The notes: generated from the letters alone by a model not told the origin. A stretch of DNA of 64,000 bases from an uncultured delta proteobacterium (GCA_963737265.1 CAVTRY010000011.1:1152001-1216000); one strand, 5' to 3'; counted from the stretch's first letter, positions 10,394-19,733 are shown. Numbers and translations: made by a program.

Positions 10394-12635
10394 CGCCTTT
10401 CACCAGCGCCCGGAGATCCGCCTCGCCGCGTTTGCGCCCGTCCTCTTCGAACCACACCACGAATTTGCAGCCCTCGCGCCACCGGCTGCATCCCCAGCCG
10501 CGTTTGCCCACAATCACCTGGCCCTGCTTGCACGCGGGACAAACCAGATCGGCGATGCCCTGCCCGAGCTGCTGCGGCTCGCTGTCCTCAGCCTTGGCGA
10601 GCTTCCGGCGCGGTCGACGCGCGCCTGTTGCGCCGGTCGGCTTGTGCGCGGGCTTTTGCACCATGATGGGCACGTTGACCATGGGCCCGGACGCGCGGAT
10701 GGCATCGACGGTCTCCTTCACGTAGCGACCGATATCGCCCATGAAAACCGCTCGCTGCTCCTCGCCGCGCGCGATGCGCGCCAAGCGCGCCTCCCAGTTT
10801 CCCGTGAGCTCGGGCGAAGCCAAGCTCTGCGTCGGCAGCGCGGCGATGAGTCCCATGCCCATGGGCGTGGGCACGACGTGTTTGCCCTCGCGAACCACGA
10901 AGGCGCGCTTGAGCAAGGTTTCGATAATAGACGCGCGCGTGGCCGGCGTGCCAAGGCCGCTGTCCTTCATCGCCGCACGCAGCTCTTCGTCCTCCACCAA
11001 CTTGCCGGCGTTTTCCATGGCCGCGAGCAAAGTCGCCTCGGTGTGGCGCGACGGCGGTTTGGTCTTCTTGGCCACTGCCTCGAAGCTGCCAGCCAGCCGG
11101 TCTCCCTCGGCCAACGCCGGCAAGGTTGAGGTCGCACTTTCGTCCTCGTCCTCGTCCTTCTTCTTGCCCTTCTTGCCGGCCTTGTCGTCGGCGTCGTCGC
11201 CGAAACCGGCCACCTCCTGCCAACCCGCCACCAGGCGCACCTTTCCCCGCGCCAAGAACCGGTCGGGCGAAGGCGGCACGGCCAAGATGTTGCCGCTTTC
11301 GTCAGCGCTGGACGGCTTCGTCGGCGTCGGATGGTACGGACTGTCCGGTCCAACCCGCACGACGACTTCCGTCTGGGCGAATTCGGCGTCGGGATAGAAC
11401 ACGCCGAGAAACCGGCGCACCACGAGATCGAAGATGCGCTGCTCATCGCGACCGAGCGATTTCGGATCGATGGTCTTGCCGGTGGGAATGATCGCGTGGT
11501 GGTCGGAGACCTTGCTGTCGTCGAACACGCGTTTGCCAAGCTTGGGTGGCTGGTCGAGCAAAGGACGGGCGAGCTCGGCGTAGCCCGCAATATTTTCCAC
11601 GCCGCCCACGATGCGCGCCATTTCCTTGGCCATGTCGCCGGACAAGTGGCGCGAATCCGTGCGCGGATAGGTCAGCACCTTGAAACGTTCGTAGAGCGCT
11701 TGCGCGGCTTCCAGCGTCGCTTTGGCGGAAAGGCCGAAGCGCTTGTTGGCCGTGCGTTGCAGGGACGTCAGATCGAAAAGCAGCGGCGCCGGCTCGCGCG
11801 TCTTGCTTTGTTTCAGGCTCTCTACGATCGGCCCCAATGGATCGGCGGCCGAACCGTGCTCGCGATCTCGGTCGCGCACCGTCTCGGCCAGCTCGGCATT
11901 GGCGAAGTGGCTGGCCTTGCCGAGCACGAAACCCGCGGGAAATTTCGCGCCCCCAGAAGTGACGAATTCCGCCTTGAGCAGCCAAAAATCCTGCGGCACG
12001 AAGGCGCGGATTTGCTTTTCGCGCTCGACCAGAATGGCCAGCGTCGGCGTCTGCACGCGGCCGATGGAGAACAGGGTCGAGCTGTCGCCCTTGCGATGCC
12101 GGATGGTGACCGCTCGCGTGGCGTTGAGCCCGACCAGCCAGTCGGCCTCGGAGCGGCAGCGAGCCGCATCGGCCAGCGCTTCGAGGTCGCGCCCCGGCTT
12201 GAGCGCCGCGAATCCACGCCGAATCGCATCGTCGGTGAGCGAAAAGATCCACAAGCGCCGGATCGGCAGCCGGCTACTCGCCAGTTGGTAGACGTAGCGA
12301 AAAATCAGCTCGCCCTCGCGGCCGGCGTCGCAGGCGTTGATGACCTCGCTAAATCGCTGGTCACGCAAAAGATCGCACACCGCGCGCAACTGGTCGCGCG
12401 TGGACGGCACCGCCCGCAGCTTGAATTCGTCCGGCACCATGGGCAGCGTGTCCATGCGCCAGGCCTTCCAGCGCCCGTCGTAGCTGGCCGGCTCGTCCAG
12501 CTCGACCAGGTGGCCGATGCACCAGGTGATGACCTTGTCCTTGCCCTCGAAGCAAGCTTTGCCCGACGGGCGCACCTCCAGCACGCGCGCCAGGTCGCGC
12601 GCCACGGACGGCTTTTCCGCAATCACGAGTTGCAC
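10389..12635 (-). CDS. topB: DNA topoisomerase III
   Basis: IAEKPSVA, DAGREGE, GRVQTPTL, catalytic TYPRTDS, GLGTPATRA, C-terminal Zn ribbon. Confidence 0.93.
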   Translation of the reverse strand: MQLVIAEKPSVARDLARVLEVRPSGKACFEGKDKVITWCIGHLVELDEPASYDGRWKAWRMDTLPMVPDEFKLRAVPSTRDQLRAVCDLLRDQRFSEVINACDAGREGELIFRYVYQLASSRLPIRRLWIFSLTDDAIRRGFAALKPGRDLEALADAARCRSEADWLVGLNATRAVTIRHRKGDSSTLFSIGRVQTPTLAILVEREKQIRAFVPQDFWLLKAEFVTSGGAKFPAGFVLGKASHFANAELAETVRDRDREHGSAADPLGPIVESLKQSKTREPAPLLFDLTSLQRTANKRFGLSAKATLEAAQALYERFKVLTYPRTDSRHLSGDMAKEMARIVGGVENIAGYAELARPLLDQPPKLGKRVFDDSKVSDHHAIIPTGKTIDPKSLGRDEQRIFDLVVRRFLGVFYPDAEFAQTEVVVRVGPDSPYHPTPTKPSSADESGNILAVPPSPDRFLARGKVRLVAGWQEVAGFGDDADDKAGKKGKKKDEDEDESATSTLPALAEGDRLAGSFEAVAKKTKPPSRHTEATLLAAMENAGKLVEDEELRAAMKDSGLGTPATRASIIETLLKRAFVVREGKHVVPTPMGMGLIAALPTQSLASPELTGNWEARLARIARGEEQRAVFMGDIGRYVKETVDAIRASGPMVNVPIMVQKPAHKPTGATGARRPRRKLAKAEDSEPQQLGQGIADLVCPACKQGQVIVGKRGWGCSRWREGCKFVVWFEEDGRKRGEADLRALVKGG

Positions 12636-13119
12636 CTTGGCATTGTATCGGAAGCGAGCTCGAAGTTGTTGCCAACAAATGAACCCGATCGGTCAGGTAG
12701 CTTTCTCGCCCGGTCGCGCCCGGTCGTGAATACCTCCTTCCTCACATCCCTCGGGGCATCGTCACTTGGCGCGCGGCTTACAGGTCCGGCTCTTCTTGTC
12801 GCAGCTCAGCCCGGGACAGCAGGACTTGTCCTCTCGGCAGCGGTGGCGCTTGGGCGCGCCGAAGATGAAGTCGTTGTCCTTCAACGCGACCGGCTCACGC
12901 ACTCCGCGGGCAATGGCCGCATGTCGAGGAAACCTCTCATGGTCGAGCGCCGCCTCGACGAACATGGGCAGTGTGCGTTCGCCAAGGTCACGACGCTGGC
13001 GCGCTCCGCGCCGATGTCGAAGCCAGCAGAGGCGGATTCGATCACGACATTGGCACCAAGCGAAGCCGATACCGTGGGCGCCACCGTCGCCGCCACTCGT
13101 ACGAGGCGGTCGGTTCCCT

Positions 13120-13460
13120 CGGCCGGGCCTTCGGCCACCCCGAAAGAATGGATCTGGCAGTGGGTCTTTCCCGCAACCCGCACGTACACCGATCTCGCAA
13201 GTCGGGAAGTTCGTCGCCACCACCTGCACGAATCCGTCATCCAGCGCGCCGTTCGCCGCGCCGCCGTGGCCGCGCGCATTCCCAAGCTGGTCAGCCCCCA
13301 CACCTAGTGTCATTCCTTCGCCACCCACCTGCTGGAAGACGGCTACGACATCCGCACCATTCAGGAGTTGCTAGGCCACAAAGACGTGGCCACGACCATG
13401 GTCTACACCCACGTCCTGAACCGCGGCGCTGGCGGAGTCCGAAGCCCTCTCGACCACTGA
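13120..13460 (+). pseudogene. intI: Integron integrase, C-terminal remnant
   Basis: IntI-specific insert EWIWQWVFPA..RRHHLHES, then [42 protein letters not shown]; TAG at 13305 and R-to-C in the RH motif; no N-terminus. Confidence 0.92.
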
Positions 13461-13599
13461 CAACGGGCGCAAAGAACGTGGCTCCCATATTTATCCGGCC
13501 GCCGCGCCGTTATTATCAGGCAGGCCGGCTGGTCGCCTCGCATGAAGCAGACGCATCCAAGTCCGCGAAATGACTGGAACGGCACCCCCGCTTTCAGCC

Positions 13600-13661
13600 A
13601 TCACGGCGTGCATCCAGCGTTGGGATATTGATTATTCTTCGTGGGATAATGGTAGTTCGAC
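13600..13661 (+). promoter_or_regulatory. Putative attI (crossover G/TTCGAC at 13655) overlapping a possible extended -10
   Basis: ATAATGGTAGTTCGACGG; GTTCGACGG is complementary to CCGTCGAAC at the end of cassette 1; TGgGATAAT at 13642-13650. Confidence 0.6.
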
Positions 13662-13712
13662 GGAGCGGATCTTTTGTGGAACTCCCTTCAACTAGCGTTG
13701 TCTGAGATTGCT

Positions 13713-14339
13713 ATGGAACCAACGAACTCGACGCCCGGAGCATCTATTCCCCGCCGCTCCTTGCTTGCATCGGTTTTCGCGTTCCTACCGTTCTTCGTCT
13801 TCCCTCGCTGGACTCAGGCGGCTCAGCCAGTCAACGGGCATTGGAGGAACTCTCAGGCCTACAGCACCTCGACATCAGCAGCACTTCGAGCGGTCGCGAA
13901 CGATAGGACCCTGGACCGGAAGGCACGGGTGCGTGCGATCTTCTCGCTGTTCGCGAGCTATGTCCGGCCGCCGGCAAACGGCGCAACGATGGCCGATATC
14001 ATGAGCCCAGCAACATGGCTGGTCGAATGCCGCTTGGACGGGGTCTACGCTCTTGGAGGCAAGATTCCCGTCGAGATGGGCATTACCGAGACGGCTTTCT
14101 GTCTTCGTCTCTTCCCAAACTTGGAGGGCTGGAGCGAGTGGGTCATCTACTTCACGTTGCCAGGCGGGCGAGGAAGGCCGGTTTCGGACGCTCGCGACTT
14201 TCTTGCTGGCAAGGTACCTGGAAGTCAGGAACTCCGGATGAACGAATTCGCCTTGTGTTTTCCTGCCGAAGGCAAGGCACGGATGGGGCGCACGGAACGA
14301 TTCACCGCGAGAGGCATTGGTGTCTACGGTCCGTGGTGA
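13713..14339 (+). CDS. Cassette 1: exported hypothetical protein (possible Tat signal)
   Basis: PRRSLL plus hydrophobic segment; ends just before an attC. Confidence 0.7.
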   Translation: MEPTNSTPGASIPRRSLLASVFAFLPFFVFPRWTQAAQPVNGHWRNSQAYSTSTSAALRAVANDRTLDRKARVRAIFSLFASYVRPPANGATMADIMSPATWLVECRLDGVYALGGKIPVEMGITETAFCLRLFPNLEGWSEWVIYFTLPGGRGRPVSDARDFLAGKVPGSQELRMNEFALCFPAEGKARMGRTERFTARGIGVYGPW

Positions 14340-14499
14340 GCGCGCCCGTCGAACAAGCCGTTGCAGCGCTCGTAGGCAGTGCAAGTAAAAAGAACAGGGA
14401 GTGATTCGGGTCGTCTGGGCACACGAGATCCGTTCCGCGGTCAGGAAGATGCGGTGGAAAGGATCAGGTGCGCGAAGAAGATTTGAGCGGGCGAGAGAT

Positions 14500-14870
14500 C
14501 GGGAGGCAATCGGCCTGGTAATCGAAACGCTCCAGTAGGATGTCCGCGAGGGCCGGCATCGAGTCAGCTTGCAACGGAGATTGGGTCAGGTCGATGGATC
14601 CTCAGGGTGCCTCGAAACAGACAGCGCTCTTGCACAAGGCAGAGATGAGCTTCAACAGGAGGTCACCCGTCGGATATCTCACACGTTCAAGGAATTGGTT
14701 TGCTTTGGTTGTTTGCTCCTTTTCTGCAAGTGGGTCTGACCAAGATGGACAGGGTCAGATCAAAAATCCTCAGGGTGCCTCAAGACAGACGGCGCTCTTG
14801 CACATGGCAGAGATACGCTGCAACAGAAGGTCACCCTTCGGAAATCTAGAATGTTCAACATGGGTCGTCC
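14500..14870 (-). ncRNA. Candidate bridge/seek RNA region with duplicated target-binding loops
   Basis: Direct repeats 14583-14690 and 14752-14858, each forming stem/internal loop/stem with attC-like loop strands. Confidence 0.65.
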
Positions 14871-14884
14871 CCATACCAGCATGG

Positions 14885-16153
14885 CTACACCGTCACCTGC
14901 AGACGGCGGGTGTCGAAGAGCTTGCTGCTATCAAAGGTGCCACCGCGACCGACGTGGTACAGCCCCTTGGCCAGCTTGCGCATCAGCGCGACGGCAGCTC
15001 GCGAGGCTCGGCCGCCGTCTCGTTGCTTTTTGCGCTGGTACCAGGCGTTGGCGATGGGATCATCCTGAATCCAGCGGAAGATGGCGAGCCAGAGTAGCTG
15101 GCGTACGCGGGATGGACCACGCTTGGTGATCTTGATCTGACCGTGCATGGTACCGCTGCTTTTCTCCTTGAGGTTGAGGCCCATGGCTTTGAGGAAAGCG
15201 CGTGTACACGAGTACGATCGTGCATCACCGACCTCGGCGAAGATGGCGGCAGCGGTGGTGCGGCCGACGACGGGGGCAAGCGCGGCGGCGGGCGTGGTGG
15301 CGGCGAGTTTTTCGACTTTCGTCTTGGCCGTGCTGAAGGCCCGGTGGGCGTCATAGGCCTCTTCGGCGATTACCATCAAAGCGTCGCGTTCAAGCCCGAC
15401 CATCGGGACGCCGACGGAGGTGCTGGCCGAGGCGACAACGGCAGCAACGTCGTCGTCGGCAATCAGCCTGTGACTGATACCACGAAGGAGCTTCGTCGCC
15501 TTGTCCGGGGCAGCGGCGACATCGGCAGGACCGCCGATACGCGCGACCAGCGCCATAAGCGATGCCGAGGTCAAATCAAGCAGGCTGGGCAACTCGGGCC
15601 AGTGGCGAGCGAGCCAGCTTTCCAAGCGATGCACGAGCTGCAGGTAGCGCTCCTGGTGCAGATCCATGATGGCCAGTGCTGCCTTGAGCTGCCGACGTTC
15701 TGGGACTTCGTCAGGCAGGCGGGTGGAAAGGCCGTCGGCGTGCAGCCTGGCGATGATGGCGGCAGCCTTGGCGTCGTGAAGACTGGGCACGCCGTCGAAG
15801 ATTTCCTTCGCATCGTGGGTGCGCTTGCCGCTGACCATGAAGATCGGAAAGCGGTCCTGTTCGAGCTGGTGGCGAAGCACATCGCCGTAGGTTCCGGAAG
15901 GCTCCATGACGGCTTCGACGATGATGCCGGCGGTGCGGTAGCCGCGCAGGATGGAGAGCACCGTGGGGTTCTGCTCTGGGGCCTTCCAAGAGATGGTGTG
16001 CAGCACACGCCCGTCGGCGCCAGCGAACGCTGCAACCATGTCGACCTTGGCGACGTCGATGGCGAGGACCAGCTTGCCGCCCAGGTCGGCGGGCGAGATG
16101 CTTTGTGGTTGAAAATCATTGACGGGCATTCTGCGATAGATACGCTTCTTCAT
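14885..16153 (-). CDS. IS110-family recombinase/transposase
   Basis: AIDVAK, MEPSG, HDAKAA; C-terminal GLNLKEKSSG..ITKRGPSRVRQLLW; GAAGGA RBS. Confidence 0.92.
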   Translation of the reverse strand: MKKRIYRRMPVNDFQPQSISPADLGGKLVLAIDVAKVDMVAAFAGADGRVLHTISWKAPEQNPTVLSILRGYRTAGIIVEAVMEPSGTYGDVLRHQLEQDRFPIFMVSGKRTHDAKEIFDGVPSLHDAKAAAIIARLHADGLSTRLPDEVPERRQLKAALAIMDLHQERYLQLVHRLESWLARHWPELPSLLDLTSASLMALVARIGGPADVAAAPDKATKLLRGISHRLIADDDVAAVVASASTSVGVPMVGLERDALMVIAEEAYDAHRAFSTAKTKVEKLAATTPAAALAPVVGRTTAAAIFAEVGDARSYSCTRAFLKAMGLNLKEKSSGTMHGQIKITKRGPSRVRQLLWLAIFRWIQDDPIANAWYQRKKQRDGGRASRAAVALMRKLAKGLYHVGRGGTFDSSKLFDTRRLQVTV

Positions 16154-16308
16154 GGGGATGACATCCTTCGTCATGGTTTCGGACTTCGGCACTTTTGGGA
16201 CGTCCCCGTTTCCATTTGCAACTACCTTTAGCTGACTGACGCAGTCGCCGCAGGGGAATTGGGGTAACATCAAAGAACCGCTCGTGCGGCGCCCGCGCCG
16301 CTGAACGG

Positions 16309-18194
16309 GTGCGCCCAGCATGGGCGTCGTCTTGGGGGTGCAAGTCCCCCCGAAAGGAGACCATCCCAAACGAAGCGAACTGCAACTGCGAAAGGGCGAC
16401 CAATCGTGGGGAGGAAGCAGGGAGCGAAACCGCGGGCTGATGAACAAAAACCGGATAAGAGGCGGCGCCGAGCGGGGCGAGTGGGCCCGTTGCCACAAAG
16501 CCTCGATGGTCAAAGCTCAGGCTACGTAGATCCGGCGGTCGTGCGGGGAAGGACGACGTACTTACCTGGGGAGATCTCGCCTTGTGCCTGAAAGGGCGAC
16601 GGCGCGGACGCGACGGGGCGAGAAGTCAGCAGAGGTCGTAGTAGCGAAGTCGAAGCCGGGGCGGCGATATCACCGACGCCGGAAGTCTTTGGCGATGCGA
16701 AGGACTGAACGAGAAGGAGAGCGAAACGAACATGCGTCTCGGAAGCAAACGGCCTCAGATGACCAGGCAACTGGAGCTAACGTTTTCAAATAGGGGTGAA
16801 ACCCCGACGGGAAAACGAAGCGAGGAAGCGCCGACGGCGACGTGTGAAAACGAGCGCTCGGGAGCGAGCGGCCTGATGGAGAGGGTGTGCGAACGCCCGA
16901 ACCTTTTGGCCGCGCTGAAGCGAGTGAGAAGGAACAAGGGCAGTCCCGGCATCGACGGGATGACGGTGGATGAATTGCCGATACACCTGCGCGAATACTG
17001 GCCACGGCTGCGCGAGGAACTGCTCGCGGGGACGTACCAGCCCGCGCTTGTGAAGGAGCAACTCATACCGAAGGCCAGCGGAGGAATGCGCAAGCTTGGC
17101 ATTCCGACGGTGGTCGACCGATTCATCCAGCAGGCTGTATTGCAGGTTCTGCAACCGATGTTCGACCCGGACTTCTCAAAGCACAGCCACGGTTTCCGGC
17201 CTGGGCACCGTGCGCACGACGCCATCGTCGAGGCGCAGGGGTATATCCAGGGCGGACGCAAGTGGGTGGTAGACGTGGACTTGGAGCAATTCTTTGACCG
17301 CGTGAACCACGACGTGCTGATGGGAAGACTGGCGAAACGCATCGGCGACCGTCGTTTGCTGGGGCTCATCCGGCGTTACCTCGGGGCCGGCATTATGGCT
17401 GGCGGGGTGGCGACGGAGCGGTACGAGGGAACGCCACAAGGCGGCCCCTTGTCACCGCTGCTAGCCAACGTGCTGCTCGACGAAGTGGACAAGGAGCTGG
17501 AGAAACGCGGGCACGCATTCTGCCGGTACGCTGATGACTGCAACGTATACCTTCGGTCGCGGCGTGCGGGCGAGCGTGTGATGGGGCTGCTACGGCGGCT
17601 CTACGCGGGACTGCGACTTCAAGTCAATGAAACGAAAAGCGCGGTGGGCTTGGCGTGGAACCGGAAAATCCTGGGTTACACATTCTGGGTAAACCGGGAA
17701 GGAACGGTGAAGCGCGCGGTGGCAGACAAAGCCCTTGCCACGATGAAGGACAAAGTCCGGAACATCACGAGGCGGACGGGCGGGCAAAGCATTGGCCAGG
17801 TCTGCAAACGGCTGGGGGAATATCTGCGTGGTTGGAAGGAATACTTCCGGCTCGCGGACACGCCTCGGGTCTTTGGCAACTTGGACAAATGGATTCGCCG
17901 TCGCCTACGGGCTCTCCACTTGAAACACTGGGGACAACAATCGACCGTCTATCGGGAACTGCGGGCTCGGGGGATGTCCCATGACGCAGCAAGCGTAGTG
18001 GCCGTGAACTGTCGCCGCTGGTGGAAAAACTCGGCTAGTATGATGAACGTGGCATTTCCCATTCGCTACTTTGACCAGTTGGGGGTACCCCGGCTGGCCA
18101 CGTAACCTCAACTTCCCGAACCGCCCGGTGCGGACCCGCACGCCGGGTGGTGTGGCAGGGGTCCTTGACGATCTGTCGAGGCCCCTATGCCGAT
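16309..18194 (+). mobile_element. Group IIC intron inserted in attC
   Basis: 5' GTGCGCCCAGCATGGGCG; short DV GAACCGCCCGGTGCGGACCCGCACGCCGGGTGGTG (CGC triad); 3' CCTATGCCGAT. Confidence 0.95.
16732..18105 (+). CDS. ltrA: Group II intron reverse transcriptase/maturase, no endonuclease domain
   Basis: RKLGIPTVVDR, GTPQGGPLSPLL, RYADD, domain X ending YFDQLGVPRL. Confidence 0.95.
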   Translation: MRLGSKRPQMTRQLELTFSNRGETPTGKRSEEAPTATCENERSGASGLMERVCERPNLLAALKRVRRNKGSPGIDGMTVDELPIHLREYWPRLREELLAGTYQPALVKEQLIPKASGGMRKLGIPTVVDRFIQQAVLQVLQPMFDPDFSKHSHGFRPGHRAHDAIVEAQGYIQGGRKWVVDVDLEQFFDRVNHDVLMGRLAKRIGDRRLLGLIRRYLGAGIMAGGVATERYEGTPQGGPLSPLLANVLLDEVDKELEKRGHAFCRYADDCNVYLRSRRAGERVMGLLRRLYAGLRLQVNETKSAVGLAWNRKILGYTFWVNREGTVKRAVADKALATMKDKVRNITRRTGGQSIGQVCKRLGEYLRGWKEYFRLADTPRVFGNLDKWIRRRLRALHLKHWGQQSTVYRELRARGMSHDAASVVAVNCRRWWKNSASMMNVAFPIRYFDQLGVPRLAT

Positions 18195-18396
18195 CAAGGC
18201 GTTCGACAGACTGGGGAGTGGTATGGACCGCTGCCGCCTACGATCTCACCGTTGGGGGACCACTTGAGTAACCGGCATTGAGGGTAGGCTCGACCGGGAG
18301 TTCGTGATATAGGTCGGTTTCCTTGCTCGCGCAGGCCCTGTAAGCGAACAACAGGGCAAGCGTGTCGACTCAGCGAGGCTACAAAGGAGACCTCCG

Positions 18397-18771
18397 GTGA
18401 CAAAGCTCTTCATGGTCATGGCGCTGGTGATGACGATCGTGGCAGCCGGATCCGCCCTCGCCGGCGAAACGGTGCTGCTGAAGGACGGCTTCGACGCAGG
18501 TCAGCTCGCCCTCACCTTCACGGCCAAGGAGGAAGGAGCCAAGCTTGAGCTGAAAGTGAAGAACCAGACGAACGTAGCACTGATCGTCACCATCGAGTCT
18601 GGTACCACCACTTTTCATCTCGGCCAACAGACGATCGTCATCTCGACGAACGCGCCGAAGAAGCTGAATGTCGACGCTTCGGCGGAGTTGACCGTTCTGC
18701 TGGACCAGGGTGGTGGCGCACGTATGACCAAGGGATCGATGACGGTGAGCAAGAAGCCGCCCAAGAAGTAG
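18397..18771 (+). CDS. Cassette: secreted hypothetical protein
   Basis: AAGGAG RBS and signal peptide; cassette start GTTCGACAG matches end CTGTCGAAC. Confidence 0.75.
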   Translation: MTKLFMVMALVMTIVAAGSALAGETVLLKDGFDAGQLALTFTAKEEGAKLELKVKNQTNVALIVTIESGTTTFHLGQQTIVISTNAPKKLNVDASAELTVLLDQGGGARMTKGSMTVSKKPPKK

Positions 18772-18801
18772 GAGCGCAACCAACCGCGCCCCCGACGCGC
18801 T

Positions 18802-18905
18802 GTCGAACAAGCCGTTGCAGCTGACAATCCCGCCGCAGGGACATCGTGTAGAATAGAAGCGCCGACTCGGCGGCGGGCTTGCAGCTGAACGGCAAGGCGT
18901 TCGGC
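18802..18905 (+). other. attC (long family)
   Basis: GTCGAAC..GTTGCAGC..GCTGAAC..GTTCGGC; near-identical to 37788 and 43954. Confidence 0.93.
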
Positions 18906-18922
18906 AGACGTGAGGTGTACCC

Positions 18923-19537
18923 ATGCTGATGCAAAAGATGGTTCTTGGTCCTCGACTTGGCCCCGTGATGGCGGCCGCCTGCGAGTTCGAGTGGGCAATC
19001 CTCTTCCTCATCGACGCCCATCCTCAGGCGAAGAAACTCAGCACCGACTACCGCCACCGGATGGCCGCAAGCAACGGCTTCGCCAAGTTGAGCAAACTGC
19101 TCTCGATCCTGATGTCCAGCTGTGGAATCAGGAATCCGCAGGAGTCCGACTTTCTCGAGAGGTGCCTGCGTCTCAGGAATATGTTGGTTCATGGATCCTA
19201 CAGAAATGCGGCGCAGACGCTGAGTGAGTTGCCGCAGATGCGAGTCCTTGAGGAGAACGTGGTCTCTTTCGACCCCGCACGTGGCTTCGCGGTGCCGTCA
19301 TTCGAAACGGCACTCGGCGAAGCCATGATGTTCGTGAACGAACCCCGGCTAGGTGCTGCGATGATCGAAGCCTTCGATGCGGGATGCCTTCTCCTTCACC
19401 TTCGCATAGACCAGCACCATGCGAAGAGGCTTGGCACTTCGCCAACTATGACGGTCAAGGAACGCTCAAATTCTCAAAGCTCGGCCGATCCCGGGCCGAC
19501 GCACACACCAACTCTCCAAGGAGATTCCAATGATTAG
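18923..19537 (+). CDS. Cassette: hypothetical protein with RNxxxH (possible HEPN-like) motif
   Basis: GAGG RBS right after attC; LRNMLVHG. Confidence 0.6.
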   Translation: MLMQKMVLGPRLGPVMAAACEFEWAILFLIDAHPQAKKLSTDYRHRMAASNGFAKLSKLLSILMSSCGIRNPQESDFLERCLRLRNMLVHGSYRNAAQTLSELPQMRVLEENVVSFDPARGFAVPSFETALGEAMMFVNEPRLGAAMIEAFDAGCLLLHLRIDQHHAKRLGTSPTMTVKERSNSQSSADPGPTHTPTLQGDSND

Positions 19538-19733
19538 TCCGGTTCTTCTGGCCGTGATCCTCGGGCAGAGTGGTCAGCCACGCGATCTGACGGCGGAGAT
19601 GTACAGCCATGCCTGCAACACCGGTATGGCTGTGGCGCAGCGGGTACTGCCACAGGTCTCCGAGGAACAGCGGGCCGACTTTCTCCGTCGCGGATACGAC
19701 AGCTGTCGTGGAAGCCTATCGCGGATACAAAAG
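19530..19733 (+). pseudogene. Small exported protein truncated by ISL3
   Basis: AAGGAG RBS; reading frame runs into the ISL3 IR. Confidence 0.5.

Larger units (their letters stand above)
14368..16232 (-). mobile_element. IS110/IS1111-type element inserted in attC
   Basis: AGC at both junctions; imperfect sub-terminal IRs (AGGTAGTTGCAA / AGGCAGTGCAA); ~520-bp non-coding end downstream of the transposase; exact ends uncertain by a few bp. Confidence 0.88.
14348..18207 (+). other. attC split by IS110 (after 14367) and group II intron (after 16308)
   Basis: GTCGAACAAGCCGTTGCAGC | TGACTGAC...GCTGAACGG | CAAGGCGTTCGAC rebuilds a typical site. Confidence 0.88.

Noticed and set aside
12762-13120. 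Cys-rich minus-strand frame upstream of the intI remnant
   Set aside because: Could be a gene remnant, but has no start, RBS or recognisable family.
11331-13307. 658-aa ORF as a full-length integrase
   Set aside because: Mostly the antisense shadow of topB; only the last ~60 codons are IntI-like.
13690-13703. AACTAGCGTTGTC as the attI crossover
   Set aside because: Not complementary to the R'' of cassette 1, whereas GTTCGACGG at 13655 is.
14583-14858. Direct repeats as a CRISPR array, or ORF 14540..15097 as a gene
   Set aside because: Only two ~108-bp units and no cas genes; the ORF is antisense to the transposase end and only mirrors the repeat.
16732-18105. RT as a retron, DGR or defence RT
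   Set aside because: It lies within complete group IIC intron boundaries with DV/DVI and a maturase domain.
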